Source: Planctomycetota bacterium
GTDB taxonomy: Bacteria; Planctomycetota; B15-G4
Assembly: GCA_965248575.1 (NCBI GenBank)
Contig: CBDFJQ010000002.1
Location: forward strand, 2,816,001-2,880,000
DNA: 64,000 bases
Direction of reading: 5' to 3'
Shown here: positions 17,532 to 27,400 of the stretch, one piece after another
How positions within the stretch are numbered: the first letter of the stretch is position 1
How the letters are laid out: every line of letters starts with the position of its first letter
Position numbers and translations under genes: made by a program
The notes under the pieces: model-generated
What the model saw: the letters and a program-made list of their open reading frames with translations, nothing else
Database searches by the model: none
Told to the model about the DNA's origin: nothing

Positions 17532-17851
17532 CGGAGGGCGATCTCCTCACCGAGCTTGGCGCTCAACAGCTGCTCGAGGGCAGCCAGCAACTCGATGCTT
17601 CGCTTGTCGCACTGCCATTGCGAGCCGGTCCAATCGAAGTGCCACCCGCCCCCGGGTTCTGCCAGCCAGATCTGGTTGGCGGCGCTCTGACGGTTGATGA
17701 TGAAGATCGTGCCGTCCTCGAACTCGAGGGTCACCTTGCCGTCGGCGCTGTCCACATCGAAGGCCTCATGGTCCAGGGCGTCCAAGCGTTCCACCAGGGC
17801 ATCCAAGGTGACGACCACCTGCTTGAGGACCGCCTCATCGGGCTCGACCAT
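17528..17851 (-). CDS. cyaY: Iron donor protein CyaY (frataxin family)
   Basis: GKVTLEFEDGTIFIINRQSAANQIWLAEPGGGWHFDW; start set at ATG 17851. Confidence 0.92.
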   Translation of the reverse strand: MVEPDEAVLKQVVVTLDALVERLDALDHEAFDVDSADGKVTLEFEDGTIFIINRQSAANQIWLAEPGGGWHFDWTGSQWQCDKRSIELLAALEQLLSAKLGEEIALR

Positions 17852-17979
17852 GAGAGTGTTCCAACTCAGTGAGTGGTGTGGAGGGGTCAGGATCGCCGAG
17901 CGATCCGCGCGGATTGCGCGGACAACGCATGGCGAGTCGCAGCGTTCGATAGCATACTCGCCCGCATGGGACACACACG

Positions 17980-18279
17980 ATGACGACCCCGGACAGCCGT
18001 CCAGACCTGACACCTGAGGAACAGGCGTCCGAGGACCCGGAAGGAGCTCCGACCAGCCGCAACCTGGGGCCGCAACCCCTGGCCGGCCTGCTCGAAGTGC
18101 ACGGCCTAGCACCCAAGGACCTGGTCAAGGCCTCCTCCGAACAGATCACCCACAAGATGGTGACCCGGGGTGCCAAGGGGCGCTGGCTGACGGCCAACGT
18201 GCGCGGCAAGCTCCTGCGCGCCCTGAATGTCGCGACGGGCCAGGCCTATGGGCAGGGCGAGTTGTTCAACTATCGGTAG
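17980..18279 (+). CDS. Small conserved-looking hypothetical protein (possible HTH-like)
   Basis: Host-like codon usage; NLGPQPL...LVKASSEQITHKMVTRGAKGRWLT...ELFNY. Confidence 0.7.
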   Translation: MTTPDSRPDLTPEEQASEDPEGAPTSRNLGPQPLAGLLEVHGLAPKDLVKASSEQITHKMVTRGAKGRWLTANVRGKLLRALNVATGQAYGQGELFNYR

Positions 18280-18338
18280 GCTAGCGCCCGCATGAAGGCG
18301 GGTTGGTTTACGGCAAGCAGACGGAGGGCGTTCGAAGC

Positions 18339-20294
18339 ATGGAGAGCATCACACCCAACCGAGCGCGATCTGCCCTCGGCATCCTGATTGGCCTCGTCAT
18401 CTCGGTGCTGCTTTCCTCAGCTCTGGTGTATTCGGCGGCCAAGGCAGGCATCACTCCGGGCGTCAGCCCGCTCGTGGTGCTCTTCGGCTGGGTGATCTTC
18501 GGCTCTTTCATGCGTGGCAAGCTCAAGAGCTTTCTGGCCATCGCCCAGGTGACGGGCAGCGCCGGCTCGGCGGTTACGGCGGGAGTGGTGTTCACGGCTC
18601 CCATCGTGCAGATCGTGTACCGGGAGGCCGGTCTCGAAGTCCCCGCCGTGGACGTACCGGTGCTGATCGTCGGCTCAATCGCCGGCTCTCTCATGGGCTT
18701 CGGGTTCGTGGGGCTCGCCACCCAGCGCTTCCTCACCGATCCACGCCTCCCGGCCCCCGAGGCCGTGGCGGCCGACCGGCTCATCTCCACCGCCGTCGCC
18801 AACCCGGACAAGCGCCCGCGCCTGTCCATCTCGCTTTTTCCCGGCTTGCTGGCCGGCTTGATCCTGAACACCTTCCTGCAGCTCAGGTGGATGGGTGAGC
18901 ACGCCTTCACGGCCGTCACGGGCTCGCCCTTCGGCGGTGGCGACGACACGGCCGCAGCGGACACCGCTGCGGCGGACGGCCACGACGCCTCGAACATCGA
19001 GCTTCCCCTGCCCGTCTCGCCGCTCTACTTCGGCATCGGCGCCCTGCTGACACTGCCCACGGCCTTGCTGGTGTTCGCAGGCGGCCTGGTGAACGCCACC
19101 ACCAAGGCCTACTCAGGGGCCCATGCCCTGCCTGACACGACCTTCCGTTGGGTGGGCGGCGCGGCCATGACCGTAGCGGTGGTCTACAGCCTCATCGCCT
19201 ACGTGATCGAGGGCCGCAAGCGCAACGCCGCGCTCGCTGCCGCAGCCGCTGGCGGTGACGAAGTCACCTCCGACGAGGACCCGCTGCTCGAACAGAGCCC
19301 AGGCGTGAAGCGCATGCTGTTCGGCTCCATCGCGCTTGGCGCGATCTTGCTCTTCGCCATGATGGCGATGGTGGGCGCCCCCACCCTCCCGCTGATCGCC
19401 ATGGGACTCGTGGCGCTCGTGTTGGTGTCCCTGCTCTCAGGGCTCGGCGGCCTGCTCTCACTGCAGGTGGGCGCCTCGGCCTCGCCGGTGTCCGGCACCG
19501 TGTTCATGGGCATGTTGATCTTGAGCATCACGGCGCTCGGCGTGGGCATGTCGGGCATCGAGGGCATCATCTTCCTGGTGCCCATCGTGGTGGCCGCCTG
19601 CGTGGCCATCTGTGCTGCCAACGACAGCAGCCAGGACTACAAGACCATGCAGCTCAACGGCTTCCGGGTGAGCGACGGATTCGTGGGCCAGCTGGTGGGC
19701 CTGCTGGGCGGAGCGATTGCAGTGCCGCTCACCCTGTACCTCGCCCACGAGTCGGCGCTCAAGCAGGGCGGCCTGGGGCTGGGCGCCGACGGCTTGCCCG
19801 CTCCCCAGGCGAGCTTCTTCGGCACGGTCCTGCAGTCGCTCTTCCTAGACGCCGAGATCCCCTGGGGGCCCATCGGCGCCGGGGCTGTGCTGGGCGTCGT
19901 CGCCGTTTCGCTCGAGATGTTCGGCAAGGCCAAGGGCATCATCCTCAGCTCGTTGGCCTTCGCCGTTGGCATCTACCTGCCCAGCTACATCGGCACCGGC
20001 ATGATGCTCGGCGCCGGAGCCCGCTTCCTGGCCACCCGCAACGTCGCCAAGACCACTCACGAGGGCATCTTGGTCGCCGCCGGCCTCATCACGGGCGACG
20101 CCTTCGCGTCCCTGTTCCTGGGCCTGCTCTACTTCTTCGAGGCAGACGTCCCCGCCTGGGAGGTGGGCGGCGACGCCATGTCCTGGATCCCCGCCACCGA
20201 GTTCGCGCCGATCGTGGGCAAGCTGTTGTTCTTCGGCCTCATCGCGTTGATCTTCGTGAACTACCTCAAGAAGCGCAGCGCCCAGGCGACCTGA
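18339..20294 (+). CDS. OPT/YSL family oligopeptide transporter
   Basis: Many TM helices; GVVFTAP, LPAPEAVA, SPVSG, QDYKT, LPAPQA, FAVGIYLP, AAGLITGDA; GGAGGG SD before ATG 18339. Confidence 0.88.
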   Translation: MESITPNRARSALGILIGLVISVLLSSALVYSAAKAGITPGVSPLVVLFGWVIFGSFMRGKLKSFLAIAQVTGSAGSAVTAGVVFTAPIVQIVYREAGLEVPAVDVPVLIVGSIAGSLMGFGFVGLATQRFLTDPRLPAPEAVAADRLISTAVANPDKRPRLSISLFPGLLAGLILNTFLQLRWMGEHAFTAVTGSPFGGGDDTAAADTAAADGHDASNIELPLPVSPLYFGIGALLTLPTALLVFAGGLVNATTKAYSGAHALPDTTFRWVGGAAMTVAVVYSLIAYVIEGRKRNAALAAAAAGGDEVTSDEDPLLEQSPGVKRMLFGSIALGAILLFAMMAMVGAPTLPLIAMGLVALVLVSLLSGLGGLLSLQVGASASPVSGTVFMGMLILSITALGVGMSGIEGIIFLVPIVVAACVAICAANDSSQDYKTMQLNGFRVSDGFVGQLVGLLGGAIAVPLTLYLAHESALKQGGLGLGADGLPAPQASFFGTVLQSLFLDAEIPWGPIGAGAVLGVVAVSLEMFGKAKGIILSSLAFAVGIYLPSYIGTGMMLGAGARFLATRNVAKTTHEGILVAAGLITGDAFASLFLGLLYFFEADVPAWEVGGDAMSWIPATEFAPIVGKLLFFGLIALIFVNYLKKRSAQAT

Positions 20295-20307
20295 GCAGGC
20301 ACCGCCC

Positions 20308-21225
20308 TCAGCGGGCCGCGAAGGTGAATGCGACCCTGCCCCCGCCTTCCTGGTCGGCGAGGAACAAGATGTTGCCTTCGGGTTGGTCGACGTACTCGAC
20401 CACCCAGCGGCGTGTCGTGAAGTCGACCGGAACTGTCGAATTGGGAACGGGCGACGCGGGAGCCGAAAAGGTGACGTCCCCTTCGAAGCCGTCGCCCTGG
20501 CCACTCAGGTGAAGCGTTGCGTCGTCCGCAGAACTCAAGTCGCTGAAGCTGGCCAGGAAATCCCAACGCAAGGCCGTGAGGGACACGGTCACGGAGAAGG
20601 CCTCGTCAAACAGGACCCGCTGCGTGATCTCGAGCGGTGACCTGATGCGAAAGAGGAATCCGATGTTCGCCTTCTTCTCCAGCAGCAGCGCGAGCTTCTC
20701 GAAGCGCTTCGCCAGCAGGGTGTAGGTCTTGTCGAGCTCCCGCCCCATCTCCACTGATATCTGATCCAGTCCTGTGCCATGGCCGTAGTGCAGCACCGCG
20801 GGTGGATCGCTGTCGTCCGGTGCCGTGTCCACGAAACCTGCGTAGACGACCATCCCATCAGCAACGATCGTCGAGAGGGCGGCTTCCATAGCCTCCGCCA
20901 CCTCGAGCTGGAAGTCCTCCACATCGTCCAGCAGATTCAGGAAGTTCACGCTGCTGAAGTCCCCCGACTTCACCTCGGCCTGGAACATCTTGAGGCGCAG
21001 GAGGACCACCTGCAATTCCGTCTTGAGCTTCGCCTTGAAGTCTTTCGCGGCCGTCTTGGTGGCGCCCTTGAGCTCCTTGACGGCCTGCTTCTCGGCCTGC
21101 TTCAGGCTCTGGGCGGAGACGGGCACGCTCACGACCCCGAGCACAATCAGCGCGACGAAGCCAACCACCCATGAGCGCTTCCAGACGGAGAGGCGACGGA
21201 CGGGACGACAACGAAACGGCGGCAT
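20308..21225 (-). CDS. Secreted hypothetical protein
   Basis: Signal peptide ending VSA-QS; Lys/Ala-rich helical N-terminus; GGAGG SD. Confidence 0.7.
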   Translation of the reverse strand: MPPFRCRPVRRLSVWKRSWVVGFVALIVLGVVSVPVSAQSLKQAEKQAVKELKGATKTAAKDFKAKLKTELQVVLLRLKMFQAEVKSGDFSSVNFLNLLDDVEDFQLEVAEAMEAALSTIVADGMVVYAGFVDTAPDDSDPPAVLHYGHGTGLDQISVEMGRELDKTYTLLAKRFEKLALLLEKKANIGFLFRIRSPLEITQRVLFDEAFSVTVSLTALRWDFLASFSDLSSADDATLHLSGQGDGFEGDVTFSAPASPVPNSTVPVDFTTRRWVVEYVDQPEGNILFLADQEGGGRVAFTFAAR

Positions 21226-21316
21226 GGTGGCCTCCCAAGGTTGAGAATCCAGGTGACGGCAAGCCTAGCAATCCGAACAATCCACGACTCACAGCGCGCC
21301 ACCCGGAGTCCAGCCC

Positions 21317-21709
21317 ATGCCCGACTACAACCCCCTCACCCCCGAAGAACAGCGCGTGCTACTGAACAAGGGGACCGAGGCCCCCGGCATCGGTGAGTAC
21401 ACCGACACCACGGACAAGGGCACCTACGTCTGCCGCCAGTGCAACGCCCGCCTCTACAGCAGCAGCTCCAAGTTTCACAGCGGCTGCGGCTGGCCCAGCT
21501 TCGATGACGAGATCGCCGACGCCGTGGGCCACCACGCGGACGCCGACGGCATGCGCACCGAGATCGTCTGCAAGAACTGCAGCGGCCACCTGGGCCACGT
21601 GTTCACAGGCGAAGGCTTCACGGACAAAAACGCCCGCCACTGCGTGAATTCCATCTCGATGATCTTCCATCCCGAGGGCGCGGACATCCCGGCCGTGATC
21701 ACCCGCTAG
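21317..21709 (+). CDS. msrB: Peptide-methionine (R)-S-oxide reductase MsrB
   Basis: GTE, CRQC, SGCGWPSF, CKNCSGHLGHVF, RHCVNS. Confidence 0.97.
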   Translation: MPDYNPLTPEEQRVLLNKGTEAPGIGEYTDTTDKGTYVCRQCNARLYSSSSKFHSGCGWPSFDDEIADAVGHHADADGMRTEIVCKNCSGHLGHVFTGEGFTDKNARHCVNSISMIFHPEGADIPAVITR

Positions 21710-21715
21710 GGCTGG

Positions 21716-22480
21716 TCACTCCCGGCGACGCGCCGACACCGGGCGGTACACCACTCGCGGCGCCCAGGTCGCCACATCGATACGCTTTGCGAAGAGCAAG
21801 GACTCCGGCTCGCCCACGGCCTCTTGTGCGTGCGGAAGCAGCCCCTCTTGCGTTCGGATCGTGGCCTCGGCCGCTTGCAGTGGCCACGGTGCGTGGTGCA
21901 CATCGCCGCGGAACACCCGCCCGTCCGGGGCCACCGAGAACAAGCAGTAGCGTTCCGTCAGCCAATGCTCCAAGGAACCCCGGTCGGCACGAAACACCTC
22001 GCCCGTCGGTGAGTAGCTGGCCTCGAACACGGCCTGCTCGCCCGACTTGGCTCGGCGCCGCGAACGGTAGTGGAATTGCTCGCCCTCCTGCCGCTGCTCC
22101 ATGCTCGCCAGGTGATAGGGCAGATGAAACCAGCGGCGCGCCGTGGCCACGACGAGCTTGCTCGTCGCATCCAGGCTGAAAAAGTAGACGCCCGGCGTCT
22201 CGCCTACACGCACGTAGGTGCGCACGTTGAGCTCTGGAAAGCTCGACGTGCTGGGGACTGGAGGCAGCCCCCTCAGATGCACCCCCGCCATGCGAAAGGG
22301 CACCACGCCGATCCACGCTCGGTCCCCGAACACGTCGGGCGCGAGCCCGGCAGGCAGCAGCGCCCGCAGGCTGGCCACGGGCAGCGACCAATGGGCGAAG
22401 AGCAAGTCGCGCCAGCTCTGCTTCAGCACCCACACGCGCCGGGGCGGAGGGAAGCTGCGGTGGCTGGCGTCGAGGTCCAT
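21716..22480 (-). CDS. YqjF/DUF2071 family protein
   Basis: [56 protein letters not shown]; start uncertain (ATG 22480). Confidence 0.88.
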   Translation of the reverse strand: MDLDASHRSFPPPRRVWVLKQSWRDLLFAHWSLPVASLRALLPAGLAPDVFGDRAWIGVVPFRMAGVHLRGLPPVPSTSSFPELNVRTYVRVGETPGVYFFSLDATSKLVVATARRWFHLPYHLASMEQRQEGEQFHYRSRRRAKSGEQAVFEASYSPTGEVFRADRGSLEHWLTERYCLFSVAPDGRVFRGDVHHAPWPLQAAEATIRTQEGLLPHAQEAVGEPESLLFAKRIDVATWAPRVVYRPVSARRRE

Positions 22481-22680
22481 GGCCCGCCTTCCGGGGATGC
22501 CGAAGCCCGCCGTGGAGATGCGCCTCATCGCGAACACGGCCAGCCCCACCGTTGTACTCCAGACGCCGCCCACATCTCAGCTCAAGCCCGGCAACGGGAA
22601 TGGTCGATGGCTCACACGGAGTCAGCTGGTTCTCAAGAACGAGGACCCACGACAACACCGGACCCACAGCGAGAAGATCC

Positions 22681-24366
22681 ATGAAGACCCTCACAGCCCG
22701 TTGGCTCATCACCACGGCCGTCCTCTGCCTGCTGGTCCTGGCCGGCATCGTGATCGCCACGGATGACACCTACACATCCGAGAAGAAGCAGAAGAAAGTG
22801 TACGGCGGCGCCAAGCTTCTGCGGGTCCAGGCGGGGCGCTCCAACGCCCTGCTGAAGTTCGACCTCTCCTACCTGCCCGACGCCACGACGGGTGCCGACG
22901 TGGGCCGCGCGCTGCTGCGACTGCACGTGCGCAAGGTGCGCAAGCCGGGCACCGTCGACGTGCGACAGCTCGACGGCCCGTGGTCCGAAGAAACGGTGAA
23001 CGGCCTGACGGCACCGGCTCTGGGCCTGGTCGTCATCGATGACTACGCCTTCGACAAGACGCACCAACTCGGTTACGTGAACCTCGACGTGACGGACCTG
23101 GTCCGGAACTGGATCGACGGCCTCGTGCCCAACAACGGCCTGGCCATCGTGCCCAACGGAGACGTGCGTCTGGACTTCACGAGCAAGGAGTCGAAGCGCT
23201 CCGGCGCGCCGGACCTCGACATCGTGCTCACGGGCGGCGGCGACCCCGGTGCCACCGGTCCCGCAGGTGTTCCAGGACCCACCGGTCCAGCAGGACCTCC
23301 CGGTGCGCAGGGTCCGACCGGCGCGCAGGGAACTCCTGGAAGCGTGGGACCGCAGGGTCCCCAGGGCTTGCAGGGACCCCAGGGTCCCGAAGGCCCCCAA
23401 GGTCTCGTAGGTCAGCAGGGAGCGACTGGCCCCGGCGGTGCGCAAGGCGCGGCTGGACAAGACGGATCGCCCGGCGTCATGGGACCGACAGGCCCCAGCG
23501 GCCCAGCAGGTCCCACTGGTACTGCGGGCAACGCTGGCCTGGACGGAGCGAACGGCGACTCAGGTCCCATGGGCCCCATGGGGCCAATGGGTCCCGAAGG
23601 CCCGATGGGTCCCACCGGAACCTCGGGCTCAGTAGGCTCCATCGGCCCGCAAGGACCGGAGGGGCCGCAGGGAGTTCCCGGCGTTGCGGGGATTCAGGGG
23701 CCCTCCGGCCAAGACGGTGCTCAGGGCCCTGCGGGTTCCACGGGCCTGACCGGCCCCGCTGGTGACTCCGGCGCGGCTGGTGCCCAGGGTCCCACCGGCC
23801 CCGCGGGCCCAGTTGGCTCGCAAGGTGGTCTCGGCCCCATAGGACCCCAAGGAGCCCAAGGCCCCCAGGGATCGACGGGACTCCAGGGCGCTCAAGGTGT
23901 GCCGGGAGCCACCGGACCAACCGGCCCCATGGGTCTGCCGGGCCTGCTCATCGAGGCCTCCATGGTGCAGGACGTTGTGGTCACCAGCACCACCAGCACG
24001 AACTTCATCGACATGCCGGGCACCAGCAACTCGCCCGGCGCCGGTCGCTACGTGGTGATGCTCTCCGCCCAGGTCAACTCGTCCAACGGGCAGCCCGACT
24101 CCAACTGCCCCAACGCTGACAACGGCGGCGGAAACAACAAGAAGCACAGCCATGACCACGTGGCGATGGGTCTCTTCGTGGATGGGGACCCCATCCCCGG
24201 CACGGAGCGCAGCTTCTATGTGAAGAAGCATCACTTCGGCACTGCCTTCACCCAGACGATCGTCACCTTGACCGAGGGCCAGACCCTCTCGGGACGCTGG
24301 AAGACCCTCGACGGCGCCGTCAAGGAGCTGCACGAACGCTCCCTGATCGTCATGAAGGTCGACTAG
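22681..24366 (+). CDS. Secreted collagen-like protein: DNRLRE-type N-terminal domain, Gly-X-Y triple helix, C-terminal globular domain
   Basis: DDTY...LLKFDLS...WSEETV...DVTDLVRNW...NNGL...FTSKE; 79 consecutive GXY triplets. Confidence 0.9.
   Translation: MKTLTARWLITTAVLCLLVLAGIVIATDDTYTSEKKQKKVYGGAKLLRVQAGRSNALLKFDLSYLPDATTGADVGRALLRLHVRKVRKPGTVDVRQLDGPWSEETVNGLTAPALGLVVIDDYAFDKTHQLGYVNLDVTDLVRNWIDGLVPNNGLAIVPNGDVRLDFTSKESKRSGAPDLDIVLTGGGDPGATGPAGVPGPTGPAGPPGAQGPTGAQGTPGSVGPQGPQGLQGPQGPEGPQGLVGQQGATGPGGAQGAAGQDGSPGVMGPTGPSGPAGPTGTAGNAGLDGANGDSGPMGPMGPMGPEGPMGPTGTSGSVGSIGPQGPEGPQGVPGVAGIQGPSGQDGAQGPAGSTGLTGPAGDSGAAGAQGPTGPAGPVGSQGGLGPIGPQGAQGPQGSTGLQGAQGVPGATGPTGPMGLPGLLIEASMVQDVVVTSTTSTNFIDMPGTSNSPGAGRYVVMLSAQVNSSNGQPDSNCPNADNGGGNNKKHSHDHVAMGLFVDGDPIPGTERSFYVKKHHFGTAFTQTIVTLTEGQTLSGRWKTLDGAVKELHERSLIVMKVD
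23239..23949 (+). repeat. Collagen Gly-X-Y repeat region (9-bp periodicity)
   Basis: 79 uninterrupted triplets counted from GDP to GLL. Confidence 0.92.
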
Positions 24367-24390
24367 GCGGCAGCCCTGCGCTGATCCCCA

Positions 24391-24417
24391 GCCGCGGAGC
24401 CTGATACGCTCCGCGGC
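24391..24417. other. Perfect 10-bp GC-rich hairpin between the collagen gene and the next ATG
   Basis: GCCGCGGAGC-ctgatac-GCTCCGCGGC; no U-tract. Confidence 0.6.
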
Positions 24418-24418
24418 C

Positions 24419-27400
24419 ATGGATCCAAACCACGGCGGTACCCCCATCCAGTCCTGCCCGGCGATTCGTCGTCGGGGAGCCAGCTTCGGACTCCTGCTGC
24501 TGACGGCGCTTGCGGTCGTCTTGGTCAGCCTGGCGCCGCTCGCCAACGGCCAGGACCCAAGCGGCAGCGCTCAGCAGGACGGCGAACCAATCCGAGCGAG
24601 TGGCGTCCTGCCCACGGATGGCGCCACGCTCTTCGCCAGCTTGTGCGCGCGCTGCCATGGGCTCAGCGGTGACGGACAGGGGGCCGAAGTGCTGGAGCGC
24701 CCCGCACGCGACTTCACCGCCGGCGGCTTCTCCTTCGGCAACACCGAGGAGGCTCTGGCGCGCACCATCAGGCACGGCATCCCCGGCTCGCCCATGCCGT
24801 CGTTTGGTGAGGCGCTGCCCCCGGAGTCCATTGCCGCGCTCGCCGCGCACGTGCGAACCCTCACGCCGCTCGCGGAAGAGGCCACCGACCTGGAGACGCG
24901 CCTCATGGTGCGCGAGCACCCGGTCGTCGTACGCGGTGGCCTGCCCCCCATCGCAGCCGATGCTCCAGCCCATCCCCGGGGCCTGCTGCTCGGCCTCCCG
25001 GGTGGGCTCAGTTTTGAGTACCGGGTCAACGACCTGGCCCTGCTGGGCGTGCGCGTGGGCGAGTTCGCCCGGCGCACCGACTGGACGGGCCGCGGCGGCA
25101 GCTCACTGGAACCCCTGGGCCAACTCATGTGGCTCAACGAGCGCGGCGAACCCGGGCCGGCCATGACCGCCGAAAGCGGAGCGCGAGCCAGCATCCCTCT
25201 CACGGCTCAACTGCGCAGCACCCACACACCAAAGACAGGCGCTCGCATCCACTGGGATGCGCTCAAGGCTGACGGCAGCGTGGCGGGCTCCGTCGAAGAG
25301 CAGGTGTTCGCTCTCAGCACGCCGCTCGGTTCGGGCTTTGGCCGGCGCCTCACGGTCAGCACGCGTACCAACGGGGCGATGGTCCTGCACCATGGCGTGA
25401 GTGCTGGCGAACAGCAGGCAACCGCTCCCCTCGGAAGCCGGCTCGTGCTGCGTGAAGATGGCAGCTATGAGTTCACCGCCGCGCTGATCGAGAACGGACG
25501 CGCAGTGTTCGTGGGCGAACGCGAAGGCATCGCCTTGATGGTCCCGGACGCGACCGACGCCCTGGACGTGACCTTCGTCACGCTGTTCATGAGCGAGTGG
25601 ACGCCTCCCGAGACAGGCAGCCTGCACGAGCTGCTCAGTGAGGCCGTGATGGAGGCCACCGCGCCGCGGGACACGGTGGCTGCTGCAACCCCTGACGGAT
25701 CAGTCCAGCAGGCGGCCCACAACACAGGCAGCCAGGCCCGCAAAGCCCTCGACGATTCGCTTGCGGCGGACACGGACATCACCCGCGCCGAGGCGGAGCA
25801 CTGGCGTGTGGAGGGCCTGCTCCCGCCCGCCGGTGCCGTGCTGGAGGTCGGTGGCATGGACTGGATGCCCGACGGCCGTCTCGCCGTGAGCACCCGCCGC
25901 GGCCAGATCTGGATGGTAGAGAACGCCCTCGCCGAGGACCCTGCCGACGCGCACTTCAGCCTCTATGCCGAGGGCCTGCAGGAAGGCCTGGGCTTGAACG
26001 TGCTCGAGGTTCCGGACGGCATGGGCGGCACGCGCCACGCCCTCTACGTGCTGCAACGCGGGGAGCTCAGCGAGCTGCGGGACGAGGACGGCGACGGCCG
26101 CGCCGAGAGCTGGTTGCGTGTCGCCGACGGTTGGGGCCTCTCAGGCAACTATCACGAGTTTGCGTTCGGCCTCCCGGACGACGGCCAGGGCCACGTGTTC
26201 ATCTCCCTCAACGTGGGCTTCCTCGACCCCGAGTGGTGGCTGGGGCAGAGCGCCGTGCCCTGGCGCGGCTGGGTCCTGCGCATCGACCCCGTGACCGGCG
26301 AGACCATCCCCTGGGCCAGCGGCTTCCGCAGCCCCTGTGGCTTGGGCATCGACAGCGAAGGGCGCTTGCTGCTCACGGACAACCAGGGCGACTGGATGGC
26401 TTCGACGCCCGTCTACTCCGTGCAGCGCGACGGCTTCCACGGGCACCCGGCTTCTTTGAACTGGACGCCCGACTACCGCGAGCACGGGCTCCGGGCCAGC
26501 CTCGAAGAGCCGCCCGAGGCGACGCGCACGCCGCCCGCCCTGTGGGTGCCCTACGAATGGTCGCGCTCGGCGGGCAACCTGGTGCCGCTCCCCGCCGCCG
26601 GCGCCTTCGGGCCATTCACGGACCAACTCGTCATGGCTGAACTCACCAATGGCCACCTGATGCGCGTGCAGCTGGAGGAGGTGGGCGGCGTCACCCAAGG
26701 TGCCGTCATCCCGCTTCGTCAGCGCCTGGGCTCCGTCGTACGCACACTCTTCGCACCCGACGGCAGCACCCTCATCGCCGGCCTCACGAACCGTGGCTGG
26801 GGTGGCCTCGCCCCCGACAACGGTCTGTTGCGGGTGCGATCCACGGGCGTGCCTCCCATGGAGATGGACCGGGTGCACCTGGTACCGGGCGGCTTCGAGA
26901 TCACGTTCACCGAGCCGGTGGCACTGAGCGTTGCCGTCGACGCACCCGAAACCCTCGCCACGATCCAGCAGTATGACTACGACTACTGGTGGGAGTACGG
27001 CTCGCCGGAGCGGCACCAGACCGATGTGCTCGTGAGCACCGCCCGTTTCTCCGAGGACCGCCGCACCCTCAGCATCGAGGTGCCGGAGCTGCGGGCGGCC
27101 ATGGTGGCCCGCATCGCCTTGCACGGGATCGTCGGCGACAGCGGCAGGCCCCTCTTGCATGACGAAGTGGCCTACACCGTGAACCAGCTAGCGGACGGCT
27201 CCCACACCGAAGATCAGGTCAGCAAGGCCGTTCCCCCACCGCCGCGCAAGCAGTCGGGCAAGGAGGGCTGGTTGCGCCTCAGCTATGGCGACGCGCTGGA
27301 CGCCTGGGACAGCAGCGGTTGGTCCCTGGTGGATGCCGTGCTCGACCCCGATGACCGCAGCCGCCTGCTGGTCACCCCGGGCGTCAACGCGCTGGTGAAC

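Noticed and set aside
21317..21709. MsrB as a second selenoprotein
   Set aside because: The catalytic residue is encoded by TGC (RHCVNS); there is no in-frame TGA.
23239..23949. Periodic DNA that might be a CRISPR array or tandem repeat element
   Set aside because: The 9-bp periodicity is explained by collagen Gly-X-Y coding; there are no identical repeats with spacers and no cas genes.
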